Below, piece after piece: positions 36,654 to 45,532 of a stretch of DNA of 60,716 bases. The notes below the pieces were generated by a model. It was not told the origin of the DNA. It worked only from the letters and a program-made list of their open reading frames with translations, and ran no database searches. The stretch's first letter is position 1. Every line of letters starts with the position of its first letter. Made by a program: the position numbers and the translations under genes. This stretch comes from an uncultured Candidatus Saccharibacteria bacterium (GTDB lineage Bacteria; Patescibacteriota; CAZHWT01). The stretch is taken from positions 1 through 60,716 of the forward strand of contig CAZHWT010000004.1 of assembly GCA_964536215.1 (NCBI GenBank), written 5' to 3'.

Positions 36654-36923
36654 CTAGGCAAAATTCTTTCCCTTAACCAGCTTACACTCTGTGGATATTT
36701 CAACAACTCCTGCCCCGATCAAGCTCCACATTTTCTCAATGACCCGGGCATCATTCTCGCCTTTCATACCGGGAATCTCCTTCAACTTTGATCGAAGTAT
36801 ACCCGGATCAAGACCACTAGGATTCTCAGCTATTAAACGCCGAGTTACCTTATCGGCTTCTATCCAGCCCTCTTGCCGCTCTTGTTCTAAGAGTTGATAA
36901 TACCTCACCACGTCGCTAGGCAT
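36654..36923 (-). CDS. hypothetical protein
   Basis: 89-aa ORF with AAAGGAG RBS. Confidence 0.55.
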   Translation of the reverse strand: MPSDVVRYYQLLEQERQEGWIEADKVTRRLIAENPSGLDPGILRSKLKEIPGMKGENDARVIEKMWSLIGAGVVEISTECKLVKGKNFA

Positions 36924-37056
36924 TGTCCTTCTCCTTTCAAGCGATCCAAGCGCCGCCTCTCCATCAGATGGCTCGCATCCAGGTTATATCACGTCACCAT
37001 ACCTCACTTCAAACAAAGAGAATAGTATTCTCATTTTGTATTACGATAATAATATA

Positions 37057-37085
37057 TTGTAAAACGATAAATAATGTGATATAAC
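37057..37085 (+). promoter_or_regulatory. sigma-70-type promoter of the DUF2975 operon
   Basis: TTGTAA, 17 nt, TGaTATAAC (extended -10); the -35 box lies in the second of two TTGTAnnACGATAA direct repeats (37036, 37058). Confidence 0.5.
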
Positions 37086-37125
37086 GGCACTATCTAACTA
37101 TGTCTACTATAAAAAGGAGCTTTCT

Positions 37126-37593
37126 ATGCCAAAAGGTTCAACCTTATTTCTAAAAACAATCATCATTTTGTTGGGGCTTATTGTTCTGGCTTTGTGTATG
37201 GTTGTCTTACCCGATGGTATCCGCCACACCAGTAACTGGTACGGCTACCGTCCTCTGCTGGTAGGCATGTATATACCTGCCATTCCGTTCTTTATCGCTC
37301 TCTTTCAAGGGTTTAAACTCTTAGATAACATCGACAACAACCAAATTTTCACCAAGTCCTCAAACAACGCCCTCACTATCATCAAATACTGCGGCCTCAT
37401 AATTGGACTGCTCTACGGCCTGGCTTTGCCTTACATCTACTATCTAGCCCAAATGGATGACGCGCCTGGGGTTATGCTGATTGGCCTGGTCTTTGCCTTT
37501 GCCCCTCTCGGCATTGCCCTGGTAGCCGCTATCGTCCAAAAGCAACTCCAAAATACTATTACTTTAAAGTCGGAGAATGACTTAACGGTCTAA
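37126..37593 (+). CDS. DUF2975 membrane protein
   Basis: 4 TM spans; family-typical C-terminus LKSENDLTV; AGGAG RBS. Confidence 0.72.
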   Translation: MPKGSTLFLKTIIILLGLIVLALCMVVLPDGIRHTSNWYGYRPLLVGMYIPAIPFFIALFQGFKLLDNIDNNQIFTKSSNNALTIIKYCGLIIGLLYGLALPYIYYLAQMDDAPGVMLIGLVFAFAPLGIALVAAIVQKQLQNTITLKSENDLTV

Positions 37594-37599
37594 GTTGCC

Positions 37600-38091
37600 A
37601 TGAAATTCACATCTATATTCCTCGCCAAAGCATTTGTCTATTTCGCTGGTTTGGCTGTACTGACTATTCTAGTTATCATGCTGCCCGAATTGGCCAGAGA
37701 GGAAAAAGCCTCCAACCCTTCCGTATCTTCGGCCTTGCCATACATTATGGGTGCCTGGGTGCTGGCTATTCCCGTGTTTGTGGCCCTGCACCAAACCCTT
37801 AAACTGATCAACTATGTAGCCCGCAACAAAGCAGTATCAGGTGAGTCAGTCAAAGCATTACAACGTATCAAAATTTGCGCCATCATCTTCGGTGTTCTGT
37901 TCATCGTAGCGACAGTGACTGCTCTGACCGCCGCCAAAATAGCCAGCCCCACCGAAGACACTGCCCCTTTTGGCATCATCACCGCCGTCTTTGTCTTTAC
38001 CTCATCCATCATTGCCACTTCCGTCGCCGTCCTGCAGCGGGTTGTACAAAGAGCAATCGCCATCAAAGCAGAAAACGATTTAACAGTCTAA
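37600..38091 (+). CDS. DUF2975 membrane protein (tandem paralog)
   Basis: same topology; C-terminus IKAENDLTV. Confidence 0.72.
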   Translation: MKFTSIFLAKAFVYFAGLAVLTILVIMLPELAREEKASNPSVSSALPYIMGAWVLAIPVFVALHQTLKLINYVARNKAVSGESVKALQRIKICAIIFGVLFIVATVTALTAAKIASPTEDTAPFGIITAVFVFTSSIIATSVAVLQRVVQRAIAIKAENDLTV

Positions 38092-38100
38092 AGGAGAATC

Positions 38101-38304
38101 ATGATTATTATCAACATCGACGTCATGCTAGCCAAACGCAAAATGAGCGTTACCGAACTAGCTGAAAAAGTTGGCATCACCATGGCCAACCTATCTATTC
38201 TCAAAAACGGCAAAGCCAAGGCTATCCGCCTGTCCACTCTGGCAGCCATTTGCCAGGCACTGGATTGCCAGCCGGGTGATATTCTAGAATACAAACAGTC
38301 GTAA
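38101..38304 (+). CDS. YozG-type XRE-family HTH transcriptional regulator
   Basis: 67 aa; MSVTELAEKVGITMANLSILKNGK HTH; GGAG RBS; usual partner of DUF2975 genes. Confidence 0.85.
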   Translation: MIIINIDVMLAKRKMSVTELAEKVGITMANLSILKNGKAKAIRLSTLAAICQALDCQPGDILEYKQS

Positions 38305-38321
38305 TCACCTGTTTTTAATCT

Positions 38322-38987
38322 ATGTATAAAAAAATCGACACGCAGATGCTATCGGCAGCGGCAACGATCTGCCTGTTGATCGCCATTGTCTATATTACTC
38401 AGGTTTACATTCCGCTCAACCAGCTACACCAGTTTATCGACCGGTTTGGACCACTCGGCACGCTTACCTACATTATTTCGGTTATTCTGGCCAACATTGC
38501 TGCCCCCATCAGCGCTTCACCGCTACTCCTTCTCGGCTACTCACTGTATGGCAAAAACGCTATTTGGCTGTTCGCCCTGGGCAACATTATCGCCATGGCC
38601 ATCAACTTTTATATCGCCCACCTATTTGGTCTAAAACTAATCTCCAGACTAATCGGACAGGCGAACATGACCAAGCTGGAAGAACTATCCCGCGATTACG
38701 GTCTCATCGCTTTATTCCTGGTCAGAGTCTTTCTGTCGGGGATTAGCGACATGGCCTCCTACGCCTTCGGCCTTAGTCCAATCAAGTTCCGGCCCTACAT
38801 TATTGTCTCAATCATTGGTGCTCTACCGCCCTATCTATTGCTCTATTTCTTCTCCACTGAAAACCAATCGTCATTACAATTTCTCCTCATGCAACTGGCC
38901 ATAGCCGGTGTTCTCTCAGCCGCATTCTTAAGCGCCCGTTATCTCAAGCTCCATCTTCTTCGCCTTCTCCTCAAAGGTCAGTGGTAA
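38322..38987 (+). CDS. TVP38/TMEM64 (DedA-related) membrane protein
   Basis: 221 aa, 5-6 TM spans, G..PP segment typical of the family. Confidence 0.72.
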   Translation: MYKKIDTQMLSAAATICLLIAIVYITQVYIPLNQLHQFIDRFGPLGTLTYIISVILANIAAPISASPLLLLGYSLYGKNAIWLFALGNIIAMAINFYIAHLFGLKLISRLIGQANMTKLEELSRDYGLIALFLVRVFLSGISDMASYAFGLSPIKFRPYIIVSIIGALPPYLLLYFFSTENQSSLQFLLMQLAIAGVLSAAFLSARYLKLHLLRLLLKGQW

Positions 38988-39084
38988 AAACTGCCGGTAT
39001 CCAACCTCACCGCTCCCTATTCTAAAACCCGGCACTTCTCAAATAGCCAAACTCTGCGCTTCTCAATTACAAGTTCTATATAAA

Positions 39085-39099
39085 TTTAACACTGTTAAA
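39085..39099. promoter_or_regulatory. third copy of the palindrome TTTAACACTGTTAAA
   Basis: identical to 22647-22661; 170 bp upstream of the LPXTG gene; no TATAAT at +16. Confidence 0.5.
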
Positions 39100-39269
39100 T
39101 TATTTATCAGATCAAAAGGCCACGGCCAAACAGACCCAAAATCACCCCTATACAAAACCCCGGCAACCAGTATATGCTTTATCAGGCAGGCGTAACTATA
39201 CTCAGATAGATACCATTACTCCGGCTCTATATTTAATTTCTGTGAAAGGCGGAAATTCAAACCAGCTAT

Positions 39270-41132
39270 ATGCCTACATTTTCACCCAAACGAATAGCCA
39301 GTTATTCACTCGTACTCATCGCCAGCGCCGCCATGGTCTTGGCCGCTGTTCCACCAGCCGCACCGGTTTCTGCTGACAGCTATACCTGGACCAACATTAC
39401 CGAGGACACCGATCTTAACGAACCATTGTTTGAAACCAATGTTAATCAGGTAGTCACGCTTGGTGGAGAGTTGTATGCCGCTATAGAGAATAGCGATGCC
39501 ACGCTGTGGAAACACAGTGGGTCTATCTGGTTTGACGTCACCCCTTCCGTCATGGACGGCGCCGGCCCGATTAAATATTTTGCCCGCTACGGAAACAAAT
39601 TATACGCGGTTACCCAGAACAACGCCGCTTCTGATAAAATCAGCCTATATAAGTACGAAGATGGCAGTTGGTCAGCCGATACCAATTTTGACGGCGACTA
39701 TTTTGACGTCCGCGGCATGGGCGCCTATGATGACATGTTATGCGTTGCCCTAAGGGCCAAATCAACCTTCCACCCTACCATGGAATGCCTAAATTCTGGC
39801 AGCTGGGCCGCCGAAGACATGACTACCAATGGTTTGGAGTCATTCAACTATGATAATACTGATGTCGTTCTCTACCATGGCGAAGGAGGTAACACCATAG
39901 CCGTCAACGGAGCCGACGGAGACAACAACGACAAAATCTGGGTCTATGGCAATTACGGCGAACAACACTGGCAAATCCTCGATATAAGTCCCGACTTTAC
40001 CGGAGCAGGCATTCAAATTAACGGCCTGGTTGCTGATTCTACCGAAGGCATATATGTCTCTACCTACAACACCAACGACTCCACCAGCAAAATCTACTAT
40101 ATCGATGGGTTCGGCGGCACCAGTCAGAAAGGCAACGCTCCATTCGGCGAGACCAAGCGTGTCATCCAACTCTTTAGCAGCTACGACGGTTCGCTCTTTG
40201 CTATCAGCACCAACTACAGCCAAACTATTAGCGTCTATAAACTGCTTGACGACAGTTGGGTCAATATCTCTCAGGACAGTATCATCGGTCAACTTAGTCC
40301 AGCTCAAACTCGCGCCTACAACCTAACCGAAGCCGAAGATGCTCTGGTCCTGGCCACTTCAGCCGATGACGACGGCGCCTATGCCGGCAATATTTGGACC
40401 TACAAAGCCAGCGCTGGTGGAGGTGGGGGAGACGAGGGTGGAGGTGACGAAGACGGCGGCGATGGCGGCGAGAACTCAGACACCGACAATATTAGCAGCG
40501 AGATCGAAGCCGGCGCACCCAATAGCGGCGATGCCAATGGCGACGAAATTCCAGATAATCAGCAAAGCAATGTAGCCAGCCTGCTCTTTAGCGGCACCGG
40601 CAAATATATTAGCGTCGCCTCGACCGGCCCCAATTGCCAAAACCTCAGCAACGTCTCAGCCGCAGCCGCCGATAGCCTCAACACTGCCGATTCTGCCTAT
40701 TCTTACCCTCAGGGTCTGGTCAACTTTACCACCACCTGCAACACCAACGGGCAATCGGCCACTATCACACTCTACTTCTACACCGAAACCACACCAGATA
40801 GCTTTATCCTGCGTAAATTCAACCCCAACACTCACATCTACACCACCATTACCGATGCTACGCTTACCCAGGCAACTATCGGCGGTCAAAAAGCTATCAA
40901 GGCCAGCTACACTGTCACCGACGGCGGCACTGGCGACACTGACGGCATCGTCAACGGAGTCATTGTTGATCCAGCCGGTTTAGCCTTAGCCGCCACCACT
41001 CCAACTGCAACACCAACCCCAACGCCAGCAGGCAGCCTACCCGCCACAGGTGCCACCGCTGCCACTGGCGCCATTATCAGCCTAGCCCTAATCGCCGGAG
41101 GCGTCTTACTCAAAACCTACCGCCAAGCCTAA
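39270..41132 (+). CDS. LPXTG-anchored surface protein with beta-propeller-like N-domain
   Basis: signal peptide; repeated G.LYA/.IW.Y blades; GGGGGDEGGGDEDGGDGG linker; shared pre-anchor module; TPTPTP linker; LPATG + TM + basic tail. Confidence 0.82.
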   Translation: MPTFSPKRIASYSLVLIASAAMVLAAVPPAAPVSADSYTWTNITEDTDLNEPLFETNVNQVVTLGGELYAAIENSDATLWKHSGSIWFDVTPSVMDGAGPIKYFARYGNKLYAVTQNNAASDKISLYKYEDGSWSADTNFDGDYFDVRGMGAYDDMLCVALRAKSTFHPTMECLNSGSWAAEDMTTNGLESFNYDNTDVVLYHGEGGNTIAVNGADGDNNDKIWVYGNYGEQHWQILDISPDFTGAGIQINGLVADSTEGIYVSTYNTNDSTSKIYYIDGFGGTSQKGNAPFGETKRVIQLFSSYDGSLFAISTNYSQTISVYKLLDDSWVNISQDSIIGQLSPAQTRAYNLTEAEDALVLATSADDDGAYAGNIWTYKASAGGGGGDEGGGDEDGGDGGENSDTDNISSEIEAGAPNSGDANGDEIPDNQQSNVASLLFSGTGKYISVASTGPNCQNLSNVSAAAADSLNTADSAYSYPQGLVNFTTTCNTNGQSATITLYFYTETTPDSFILRKFNPNTHIYTTITDATLTQATIGGQKAIKASYTVTDGGTGDTDGIVNGVIVDPAGLALAATTPTATPTPTPAGSLPATGATAATGAIISLALIAGGVLLKTYRQA

Positions 41133-41155
41133 ACAATCACGCTCTCGCAACCCAA

Positions 41156-41189
41156 ATCGGCAGGTATCCACATTCGGATACCTGCCGAT
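41156..41189 (+). terminator. 14-bp-stem hairpin after the LPXTG gene
   Basis: ATCGGCAGGTATCC/GGATACCTGCCGAT; no clean T tract; immediately precedes the nagZ-like -10 box. Confidence 0.5.
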
Positions 41190-41191
41190 TG

Positions 41192-41197
41192 TATAAT
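41192..41197 (+). promoter_or_regulatory. extended -10 TGTATAAT, 7 nt upstream of the ATG at 41205
   Basis: TTGTATAATGAGAGTAATG. Confidence 0.4.
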
Positions 41198-41204
41198 GAG
41201 AGTA

Positions 41205-42422
41205 ATGATTAAAAATCACCGACACTCTGCCAACTTCATTATCAAACTGCTCGGCTCCATCATTAGTGTAAGCCTGCTAGTATGCGCTGTAATCCTGACC
41301 CTCAACCTTCAATCAAATGCGCCTTCTTCACCCCAAAGCAAATCGCCCACGCCAACCAGTCCAACCATCAGCACTACACCAACCTCAACTCCAACTCCAA
41401 CTCCATCCCCACCCGACCTCATTGGCTGTATCAATCAATTACCTGACCAAGTCAAAATTGGTCAAAAACTTATGTTCGCTGGCTATGCCTCCACACTAAA
41501 TGCTCAACAATCGGCCGTCACCCAAGCCAACTTGGCCGGTCTCATTCTAATGGACCAAACCTCAGCCTCGGCAATTGCCAATCTAACTCGCCGCTTCACT
41601 ATTCCACCCATTATTGCCGTCGACCAAGAAGGCGGTAAAGTCCAACGCTTTACCAGTCAAGGCAAAATCCCCGGCGCCCAAGATATGGCTGCCACCCATA
41701 CCACCCACCAAGCCTACCAACTCTATCTCAATGACGCCCAGTATCTCAAAAGTGTTGGCATTACCACCAACTTTGCCCCGGTCGTGGACGTCATTAGCCG
41801 TCAACCAAATCCATTACCTGGCCGCCTCTTCAGCAACGATCCCCAAGTCGTTACCGAGTACGCCAAACGCTTTATCCAAGCCGATCAAAAGGCCGGCCTT
41901 ACTCCAGTCATCAAACACTTCCCCGGACTGGGCAGCGCCACCGGCAACACCGATAACGGCCCTGCCACTACCGATCCGCTAGCCAATCTACAAAAACGAG
42001 ACCTATTGCCCTATCAGCAATTAGCCGACCTCAAACCAGACGTCATGGTCGCCAACGCAGTTATACCCAACCTCAGTCAAAATCAGCCAGCCATTTGGTC
42101 CAGCGACACCGTCGAGCTACTCAGAAGTCTTGGCTATACCGACTCAGTTATCTATACTGACTCTCTCACTGCCAAGGCCATCCCCGGCTATTTGTCCGAC
42201 GCCGCCATCAAAGCTTGGCAAGCCGATATTGATATTGCCCTAGTCGTCCAAACTCGCCAACAAACACCCCAGATTGCCAGCCTCATCCACACCATTATCG
42301 CCAAAGCTGAGCAAGCCCTAGACTCCGGCCAACTCAACCGCGATCAAATTAACCAATCTTTGTTACGCATTTTTAACCGCAAACACCTTAACCCCTGCAA
42401 TCTCAAAACCCAACAATCTTAA
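41205..42422 (+). CDS. GH3 beta-N-acetylhexosaminidase (NagZ-like), membrane-tethered
   Basis: AVDQEGGKVQRF and KHFPGLG motifs; N-terminal TM span + TPTSTPTPTP linker; the ORF track start at 41196 overlaps the -10 box. Confidence 0.85.
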   Translation: MIKNHRHSANFIIKLLGSIISVSLLVCAVILTLNLQSNAPSSPQSKSPTPTSPTISTTPTSTPTPTPSPPDLIGCINQLPDQVKIGQKLMFAGYASTLNAQQSAVTQANLAGLILMDQTSASAIANLTRRFTIPPIIAVDQEGGKVQRFTSQGKIPGAQDMAATHTTHQAYQLYLNDAQYLKSVGITTNFAPVVDVISRQPNPLPGRLFSNDPQVVTEYAKRFIQADQKAGLTPVIKHFPGLGSATGNTDNGPATTDPLANLQKRDLLPYQQLADLKPDVMVANAVIPNLSQNQPAIWSSDTVELLRSLGYTDSVIYTDSLTAKAIPGYLSDAAIKAWQADIDIALVVQTRQQTPQIASLIHTIIAKAEQALDSGQLNRDQINQSLLRIFNRKHLNPCNLKTQQS

Positions 42423-42456
42423 CGCAACCTTCTTAAAAACACACGGTTTTAAGCAC

Positions 42457-42487
42457 AAAAATAGGCCGACGCTGCGGCCTATTTTTA
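42457..42487. terminator. bidirectional rho-independent terminator
   Basis: ATAGGCCG/CGGCCTAT stem flanked by AAAA and TTTT between convergent genes. Confidence 0.8.
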
Positions 42488-42509
42488 TATTCATTCAATC
42501 AGATTCGTC

Positions 42510-44462
42510 CTAACGCACCACTCGACCTTTGTTGCGGCGATTATAGTAGACCAGCCCTCCACCCAGAACCAGCAGCACAATACCAACCGTAGTCATCATG
42601 GCCATCTGCGCCCCAGTAGCCGGCAGTGCTAAATCTGAATCAGACGCAGGCGAACTGGAAGACCCTGGCGTTGGCGTCGGTGTACTCGTCGGATCAGTAG
42701 CCCCTACTACCGCCAAGCCAACCGGATCATCAATCACCCCTGTAGCCGGATTAAGGTCAAGTGGTCCATTATCGACAATAGTGTAGCTGGCTCGGACCAC
42801 TGATTGACCACCAATCTCCTGACGGGTAATAGTGGCATCGCTAATGGTCGTATAAGCCTGTGTGGTAGGATTGTATTTTCGCAGCACCAAATCCTGGTCG
42901 TTTTCGTCGTAGTAATACAATTGCACCGTCGTCGATCCATCACTGCAATTAGCCGAAAAATGCAGCAAACCAGCAAAGTAATTATACTCCCCGTCCTGTT
43001 TTGCCTTTGCCATTTCCGCTTCCGAAGACGCCTCGGTAATAGCGCACGTATCACTCAAAACCGCCGACATATAGGCGTCAGTCACCGGGTTAACAAAGCT
43101 AACCACATGAGGCTGTTGACTGTCCAACGTTCCATCATTATTAGCGTCACCATCATTGGGTGCATTATTTTCTACCGTTGCCGCAATACCATCTGCGTCA
43201 GAAGTGGTAAAGTTCCAGCTCGTCTTGTCGGCAATAGCATAATCGCTCATACCTCCTTCGTCACTAAAGTAGAAAACATCATCAAAGGTAACATAATAGT
43301 TAGTAGATGGCTCCAAATCCATAGCCGGATCTATAGTAATGGTATCGCTGTCATAACCAGAGAAAGTCCCATATTCGTCATCATAGTTCTCAATCCCCAC
43401 ATATTCCGAATCATCGGCCGATCGGTAAATGTGTAAAACACCTTCCGATGCCGTCACGTTTCGGTTAAACGTAATCACTAGATTACTATCAACGGCCACG
43501 TCGGTCGCATTATCGGCTGGACTAAGACTAACAATCTCCGCTTCAGGCTGGGCATTAGCCGTAATCTGGAAAGAAGTCGCTGATACTGTCGGCAAATGCT
43601 CTTCATCGCTACCAAACTCAACTACATAATACTGGCGCTGAATAGTACAGGGGACATCATCCCATTTACCGCCCTGACCACCAGAGAACCAGATTTGAAC
43701 ACAATCCAGGCTTTCAACACCACTCGGCTCATACTGAGCCCAGTTAGTAAAGGTGCCTTCTCCCACTGGATTACCACCATCAGCCTCATCCCAAAACTCC
43801 GTTCCAGCTTCCGGGCCCGTCATCCATTTCCAGTGCCCTTCACTATCTAATTCGTTAGCCCCAATCCATCCATCCTGATCTAGTCGCGAAGCAACAAAAT
43901 CATGCTCGTCTTGAGAGGTAATGGTCGCCAAATACCCGTTAACGCCACCATACGTCATACCTTCGGCTGCCGCCTCCGCCGCTGCCCAGGTTATCCCCGA
44001 CTCAGCCGCCTCCACCACCTGGTAAACGTGTCCATTGTCCGGATTATAGACATCGCCATCACCACCACCTAAACGCGCTTCAATTGTTACTGTCCCAGTT
44101 TCAGTCGGGTAAAACCGCAACGTCGCCAAAGCCGCGTTAAGTTTTGACCTAGTGCCAGACATTTGAATATTCTGACCAAAACTGTCGCCATCAAACGTCA
44201 CTCCAGTGGTGGAGGTAAAGTTAAGCGAACCGCTGGGGGCATACAAATTGACGTGCAGGTTCTCATCACCCTCGCCATTAATCGTCAGGTCAGTCACCGG
44301 TATATGCTCCAACACATAGCCCGTTTTATTAGCTACAGTCGAAAAGGCTTCACCAGCCGCTACCGTTGACCGAATTGGCAGATTGATGCTCAATGCCCCA
44401 ATCGCTATTGACAGCATCGCGCTAATAGCGAATCCCAACTTAACCGTTTTTGTTTTATTCAT
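42510..44462 (-). CDS. LPXTG-anchored surface protein with metazoan-type C-type lectin domain
   Basis: CTLD signature WIGANELDSEGHWKWMTG...CVQIW....GKWDDVPC; Ig-like segment; shared pre-anchor module; LPATG + TM + RRNKGR tail. Confidence 0.85.
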   Translation of the reverse strand: MNKTKTVKLGFAISAMLSIAIGALSINLPIRSTVAAGEAFSTVANKTGYVLEHIPVTDLTINGEGDENLHVNLYAPSGSLNFTSTTGVTFDGDSFGQNIQMSGTRSKLNAALATLRFYPTETGTVTIEARLGGGDGDVYNPDNGHVYQVVEAAESGITWAAAEAAAEGMTYGGVNGYLATITSQDEHDFVASRLDQDGWIGANELDSEGHWKWMTGPEAGTEFWDEADGGNPVGEGTFTNWAQYEPSGVESLDCVQIWFSGGQGGKWDDVPCTIQRQYYVVEFGSDEEHLPTVSATSFQITANAQPEAEIVSLSPADNATDVAVDSNLVITFNRNVTASEGVLHIYRSADDSEYVGIENYDDEYGTFSGYDSDTITIDPAMDLEPSTNYYVTFDDVFYFSDEGGMSDYAIADKTSWNFTTSDADGIAATVENNAPNDGDANNDGTLDSQQPHVVSFVNPVTDAYMSAVLSDTCAITEASSEAEMAKAKQDGEYNYFAGLLHFSANCSDGSTTVQLYYYDENDQDLVLRKYNPTTQAYTTISDATITRQEIGGQSVVRASYTIVDNGPLDLNPATGVIDDPVGLAVVGATDPTSTPTPTPGSSSSPASDSDLALPATGAQMAMMTTVGIVLLVLGGGLVYYNRRNKGRVVR

Positions 44463-44728
44463 CAAATAAGTGTTCTCCTATTAAATAAGTACTGTATATA
44501 ATTTCAGGTTCGAAGGCATCTCTCAGGCGCCAGCCGTCCGCTTAATCGGTCAACGTGTATATATCAATTGAAATTACTGCCAGCCAAGCCAAAATCATAC
44601 TCGACTGCATAGTCAAACCGCGTCTTAAGAGTACGTATTAAATGCTTGTCTGTCTAGTCAGAAAACAGGTTGTATATTTTCTTACTCATCCATCAAGACA
44701 CAACGTGAGCCCCTCATATACTCAAAAA

Positions 44729-44783
44729 GTACGTACATGTGTACGTAAACGTGTACGTACATACCTTATTTTATCTCTGATAA
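44729..44783. repeat. GTACGTACA-type palindrome element, second locus
   Basis: GTACGTACATGTGTACGTAAACGTGTACGTACATACCTTATTTTATCTCTGATAA; shares ACGTGTACGTACATA..T.TTTATCTCTG with 23606-23637. Confidence 0.75.
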
Positions 44784-44840
44784 CGTGAAATAGGATGAAT
44801 AACAAACTTCGCCAGGGTACCTGGGAAGTCGAGTCACTCG

Positions 44841-45481
44841 TTATTTGCTAATGCGGAACGTAAGATGAGTCACCAACGGAGAATCTATGACTCTCACTTT
44901 CTCCAGCTGAGTCTCGCCGAGGTTTTCCAGTAATCGGGTTCCGCCACCAAGCAGTATCGGCACTACATGAATCTGCAGTTCATCCAGCAACCCAGCCTTA
45001 ATACACTGTTGAATAGTCGCAGCGCCGCCGCCAACCGAAATATCCTTATTACCTGCCGCTTGTTTAGCCTGAGACACAGCCTTCTCAATGCCGTCGGTCA
45101 CAAAATGAAAGGACGTGCCACCTTCTTTAACCACCGTCTCTCGCTCATGAGAAGTCAAAATAAACACCGGCGCATGAAATGGAGGAGTATCGCCCCACCA
45201 GCCGTCTGGATTAGGATCACTTTCCCAAGGCCCCTCACCACCACTAAACATTCGCCGCCCCATAATCACCGCTCCAACATTAGCGGTAACCTCTTTCATC
45301 AAGTCATTGTCCGGTCCCGCCTCTCCATCCGACATACCATGCGCCTCACGCCAAGATTGCAATTTCACTACCCACTCGTGAAGCTCCTCACCCCGCCGCC
45401 CCAACGGCTCCTCCAGAGTCGGATCCGGCCCAGCAATATCCCATCCAACGACATCGAAATATCAGCAAAAACTTTTGGCAT
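44841..45481 (-). pseudogene. RibD_C/dihydrofolate-reductase-family gene interrupted by a 1-nt frameshift
   Basis: ATG at 45481 encodes MPKVFADISMSLDG, then the frame breaks at the GGG run near 45438-45442; the rest (IAGPDPTLEEPLGRRGEELHEW...) continues in the ORF 44841-45404. Confidence 0.6.
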
Positions 45482-45487
45482 ACTAAA

Positions 45488-45493
45488 AGTATA
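45488..45493 (-). promoter_or_regulatory. -10 box TATACT, 6 nt upstream of the ATG at 45481
   Basis: minus strand GTTATACTTTTAGTATG. Confidence 0.4.
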
Positions 45494-45532
45494 ACAAGCT
45501 TAACACGACTACGCCCATTGCACGTCTCATTC

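Noticed and set aside
39306-41113. Antisense or overlapping ORFs inside large genes (e.g. 39840-40307, 40656-40889, 18985-19374, 23055-23654, 42804-43436, 58300-58868)
   Set aside because: Their Pro/Thr/Ser/Arg-rich low-complexity products are explained by the strong C/G strand bias. They are fully nested in well-supported genes and lack start signals.
42510-44462. Diversity-generating retroelement target, considered because of the C-type lectin domain
   Set aside because: No reverse transcriptase, template repeat or adenine-biased variable-region duplicate occurs in the window. The lectin domain is the canonical Lectin_C type and is internal, not the C-terminal DGR CLec/FGE fold.
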